Shown here piece after piece: positions 61,064 through 64,000 of a stretch of 64,000 bases of DNA. A program made the position numbers and the translations under genes. Origin of the DNA: Turneriella sp. (GTDB lineage Bacteria; Spirochaetota; Leptospiria; Turneriellales; Turneriellaceae); the NCBI GenBank assembly GCA_965279515.1, contig CBDIID010000003.1, forward strand, positions 672,001-736,000, written 5' to 3'. The first letter of the stretch is position 1; each line of letters opens with the position of its first letter. Below the pieces are notes generated by a model. The model worked only from the letters and a program-made list of their open reading frames with translations. It ran no database searches and was not told the origin of the DNA.

Positions 61064-62601
61064 TGCGTTATCTACTCAACCGCACCCAGATGCGTGCCTA
61101 TGACAGACTCGCAACCGAACTCTGCAAAATACCCAGCCTGCTGCTGATGGAAAACGCCGGTCGTGGTGCGGCTGATATTCTCGCCGGGCTTATCGCACTC
61201 TCTGGAATTTCTGAGCCCCGCATCGCCGTCGTCTGCGGCACCGGCAATAATGGCGGCGACGGTTTTGTCGTTGCCCGCCATTTTTCTTATAGCGCTCACC
61301 TGAAAGTTTATGTCGCGGGTGATACGGGCAGCATCGCAGGCGATGCACGCGTCAACTTTGACGCCTTGCCCGGTTGCGGTATTTCGCCCATAGCCGTTGG
61401 CACAGGGAGCATTTCACAATTCACACAAGAAATACAAAATGCAGATTTTATTGTCGATGGCCTGTTCGGTACCGGCCTCAGCCGTAATATCGAAGGTGTT
61501 GAGGCTCAAATCATCGACGCCATCAATGCGGCGAAGGCTATCCGCATCGCGCTCGACCTGCCTTCGGGACTCGACGCCGACCACGGCATTGTGCTCGGCT
61601 CTGCAATCCGTGCGCACCACACCGTAACCTTTGCGCATCCCAAACCCGGTCTTTTCACGCCGCAGGGCAAAAACCATACGGGGGATCTCCACTGCGTCAA
61701 AATCGGCGTACCCGATGCGAAACTTCTCGCCGAAACCGGTTTTGCGGCGGAGCTCATCGCGGCAGAATTATTTCTTCCATACCTGAAGCCCCGCGACGCG
61801 GCAACATACAAACACCGGGCGGGTGACATACTCATCGTCGCGGGCTCCAGGGGAAAAACCGGCGCCGCAAAACTCGTGGCCGAGGCGACGCTGCGCACCG
61901 GCGCCGGTCTTGCCACCATCTGCACATGGACAAACGCCCTGCCGGCTCTGGAAAAAGAAGTGAAAGAGCTCATGCTCGCGGAACTCAAGCCAGATGCCAT
62001 TCAAACATCTCTCGCCACCGCACTGGCAAAACGCAGCGCCGTTGTCATTGGCCCCGGTTTTGGCCTCGATGAAAGCGCCCTTATAGCCGTGAGCTATGTT
62101 CTCCGGAATGCAAATGTGCCGCTGGTCATCGACGCCGATGCGCTGACGCTTTGCGCCCAAAACCTGACGGATCTTAAATCCTCTGCGGCTACAAAAATTC
62201 TGACACCGCATACCGGCGAGCTGGCGCGCATGCTCGGCATAACCTCTGCCGAAATTGAGGCCGATCGTTTCGCGGCAGTCCGGCGCGGCGCAGAGATCAC
62301 AGACGCCATTGTCGTTCTCAAAGGAGCCCACACACTTATCGCCACGCCAGAGGGCCGCATGTTCGTTTCTGCCGAAGCGAACCCGGTGCTGGCAACCGCA
62401 GGCTCGGGCGATGTGCTCGCGGGTATCATCGGCGCCTGCGCGGCGCAAATGCCCCCCCTCGAAGCGGCGGCAGCCGGCGTTTTCATTCACGCAGCGGCGG
62501 CGAATCTCTGGAGCACGAAGACGCAGAGCGACCGCGGCATGCTGGCAGGCGACATTGCCGCGCTCATCCCAGAAATCCTGGGACAACTGCTCGGCGATTA
62601 A
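61060..62601 (+). CDS. nnr: Bifunctional NAD(P)H-hydrate epimerase/dehydratase (NnrE-NnrD)
   Basis: LMENAG, GNNGGDG, DLPSG, IDADAL, LTPH.GE and GSGDVLAG motifs. Confidence 0.95.
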   Translation: MMRYLLNRTQMRAYDRLATELCKIPSLLLMENAGRGAADILAGLIALSGISEPRIAVVCGTGNNGGDGFVVARHFSYSAHLKVYVAGDTGSIAGDARVNFDALPGCGISPIAVGTGSISQFTQEIQNADFIVDGLFGTGLSRNIEGVEAQIIDAINAAKAIRIALDLPSGLDADHGIVLGSAIRAHHTVTFAHPKPGLFTPQGKNHTGDLHCVKIGVPDAKLLAETGFAAELIAAELFLPYLKPRDAATYKHRAGDILIVAGSRGKTGAAKLVAEATLRTGAGLATICTWTNALPALEKEVKELMLAELKPDAIQTSLATALAKRSAVVIGPGFGLDESALIAVSYVLRNANVPLVIDADALTLCAQNLTDLKSSAATKILTPHTGELARMLGITSAEIEADRFAAVRRGAEITDAIVVLKGAHTLIATPEGRMFVSAEANPVLATAGSGDVLAGIIGACAAQMPPLEAAAAGVFIHAAAANLWSTKTQSDRGMLAGDIAALIPEILGQLLGD

Positions 62602-62744
62602 GCCCCGGCGAAAAACAGTTCCCTGATTATAGTGCCCGGCGAGCGTGGCGGATGGCGCAACTTACTGCAATATTAACGGCGATCAAACTCAGGGCTCTAT
62701 CATGGTTTAATGCTTTTGCGCACTTTTTGCGGGTATTCTATGAA

Positions 62745-64000
62745 GTGACGAAGATTATTCTTACGACGAAGGTAATCCCACCTTTAAAAACCATCTGGAA
62801 TAAATTGCCGCCCTCACCGTGGCTTCGCCGCGCTTTTGCCGCAGGCCTTGTTGCCGTAGCAGGCCTGCCATTGATCGCATTTTTAGGATCTGAACCGCCA
62901 CTCGAGCTGAAGATCTCACGCACGTCTGCGGCGGCGGCAGAGCGCACCTTTGACGACAAGTCTTTGTCGATCATGCAGGCGACGCCTGAAGGAAAAATTG
63001 TACCGGGGCAGGAGCGCAAGGAGATCTTTGTCGTCTTCAGCCACCCGGTGGTGCCACTCGGCGCACTCGCCGAAACCACCAAGGGCGCATTTACTATTTC
63101 ACCGAAAATGCCGGGCCAGTTCCGCTGGTATGGCAGCCGTATCTCGGCGTTTATTCCCTCAGAGGACTGGCGCGCAGGCGTCGAATACACGGTTCGCATT
63201 AATTCCGATACGGTCGCAGTTTCGGGCCAAAAGCTCAAAGAGAAAAAGGTCTTCCAATTTCGTATGGAGATTCCGCCGCTCAGCGTACAAAACCTGACAC
63301 CAGGCAAAGAGACCAAAATCAAATACGATGCACGCATGACGCTTTCCTTTAACTTTGCCGTACGCGCCGAGGCTTTGAAAGAACACCTGCGCCTGCGCGA
63401 GAATAAAAAATCCATTCCCTATTCACTGAAAGAATCGAGCGAGGCCGATTGGCGCGGGCGGGTAGCAAAACGCGACGGCCGTACGTGGGAAATCATCCCT
63501 GAGCAAAAATTATCCAAGAGTAAAACCGTGGAGATATTGCTGGGGAAAAAACTGCGCGCGAGAGATCTCGAGACGACGCTGGCCGAAGACTATGAAGCCT
63601 CGTTTGAAACCTACGGGGACCTGACTGTCGAATTCAGGGACGCAGGAAAGGCCTGGTCTGATCGCTATGGCATGGGATTCGAATTTTCGAATCCGGTAAA
63701 CCCGAAGACCGCGGCGCGTGCGGTAAAATTTTCACCACCCCGCAAGATCATCGCACTCCCCTATGGCGAAACCAAAAACCTGAACCTCAATATCTGGAAT
63801 GTCGAACCGGGACAGACGTATAAGATCACCATCGAGGCGATGAACGACGTCATGGGTAACCCCCTGGTGAAAGCCGGCAGCTATGAGGTAACGATGCCCG
63901 ACCGCGAAAAATTTTTCCACCGCGTCGAATCGGGTTCTGTGATCGAAGCCGAAATGCGGCAGAATTATCCTCTGAATGTTTCTAATATCGATACTCTGAC
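62745..64000 (+). CDS. Alpha-2-macroglobulin-family protein, N-terminal part (3' truncated)
   Basis: Frame read by hand: TM anchor followed by PEG...IFVVFSHPVVPLG...ISPKMPGQFRWYG...FIP Ig-like domains. It is absent from the ORF track, consistent with no stop before the window end. Confidence 0.7.
   Translation, partial: MTKIILTTKVIPPLKTIWNKLPPSPWLRRAFAAGLVAVAGLPLIAFLGSEPPLELKISRTSAAAAERTFDDKSLSIMQATPEGKIVPGQERKEIFVVFSHPVVPLGALAETTKGAFTISPKMPGQFRWYGSRISAFIPSEDWRAGVEYTVRINSDTVAVSGQKLKEKKVFQFRMEIPPLSVQNLTPGKETKIKYDARMTLSFNFAVRAEALKEHLRLRENKKSIPYSLKESSEADWRGRVAKRDGRTWEIIPEQKLSKSKTVEILLGKKLRARDLETTLAEDYEASFETYGDLTVEFRDAGKAWSDRYGMGFEFSNPVNPKTAARAVKFSPPRKIIALPYGETKNLNLNIWNVEPGQTYKITIEAMNDVMGNPLVKAGSYEVTMPDREKFFHRVESGSVIEAEMRQNYPLNVSNIDTL

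Noticed and set aside
62738..63415. 225-aa minus-strand ORF
   Set aside because: It is the antisense shadow of the plus-strand alpha-2-macroglobulin-like gene.
1..64000. CRISPR array, cas genes, reverse transcriptase/retron, rRNA, virion genes
   Set aside because: I saw no regularly spaced repeat-spacer array and no diagnostic protein motifs.

Overview
The window has two parts. From 1 to about 27465 is the right-hand part of a genomic island. It is integrated at the 3' end of a tRNA-Glu gene (minus strand, next to tRNA-Lys) and encodes a large serine recombinase whose reading frame runs into the tRNA. The left border of the island lies outside the window. The island carries: (a) a five-gene, translationally coupled BREX-related/restriction-like defence operon (DUF499 ATPase, PglZ-like phosphoesterase, DUF1156 DNA methyltransferase, a small hypothetical protein, SNF2 helicase); (b) an Mrr-like nuclease gene and a divergent PUA/EVE-like gene flanking a ~400-nt intergenic stretch that folds by hand into an elaborate multi-helix RNA I cannot assign to a family; (c) a phage-like recombination/regulation module (Sak/Rad52, gp157, sigma factor, DUF932); (d) two apparently inactive P4/D5-type helicase homologues; (e) a DnaX-like clamp-loader gene split by an IS5 element and followed by a degenerate AAA+ partner; (f) an XRE regulator divergent from exported proteins. 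From about 27500 to 64000 is core chromosome: secA, msrA, proC, thiL, trmL, mfd, argC, sdhB, nnr and the start of an alpha-2-macroglobulin gene. This part also holds two 143-bp palindromic elements spanning exactly from stop codon to stop codon of convergent genes, an amino-acid symporter-phosphatidylserine decarboxylase fusion, and an SGNH-MBOAT fusion. The host may be a Leptospiraceae-type spirochaete (a weak impression, not demonstrated). All family calls come from motif recognition by eye; no searches were run.
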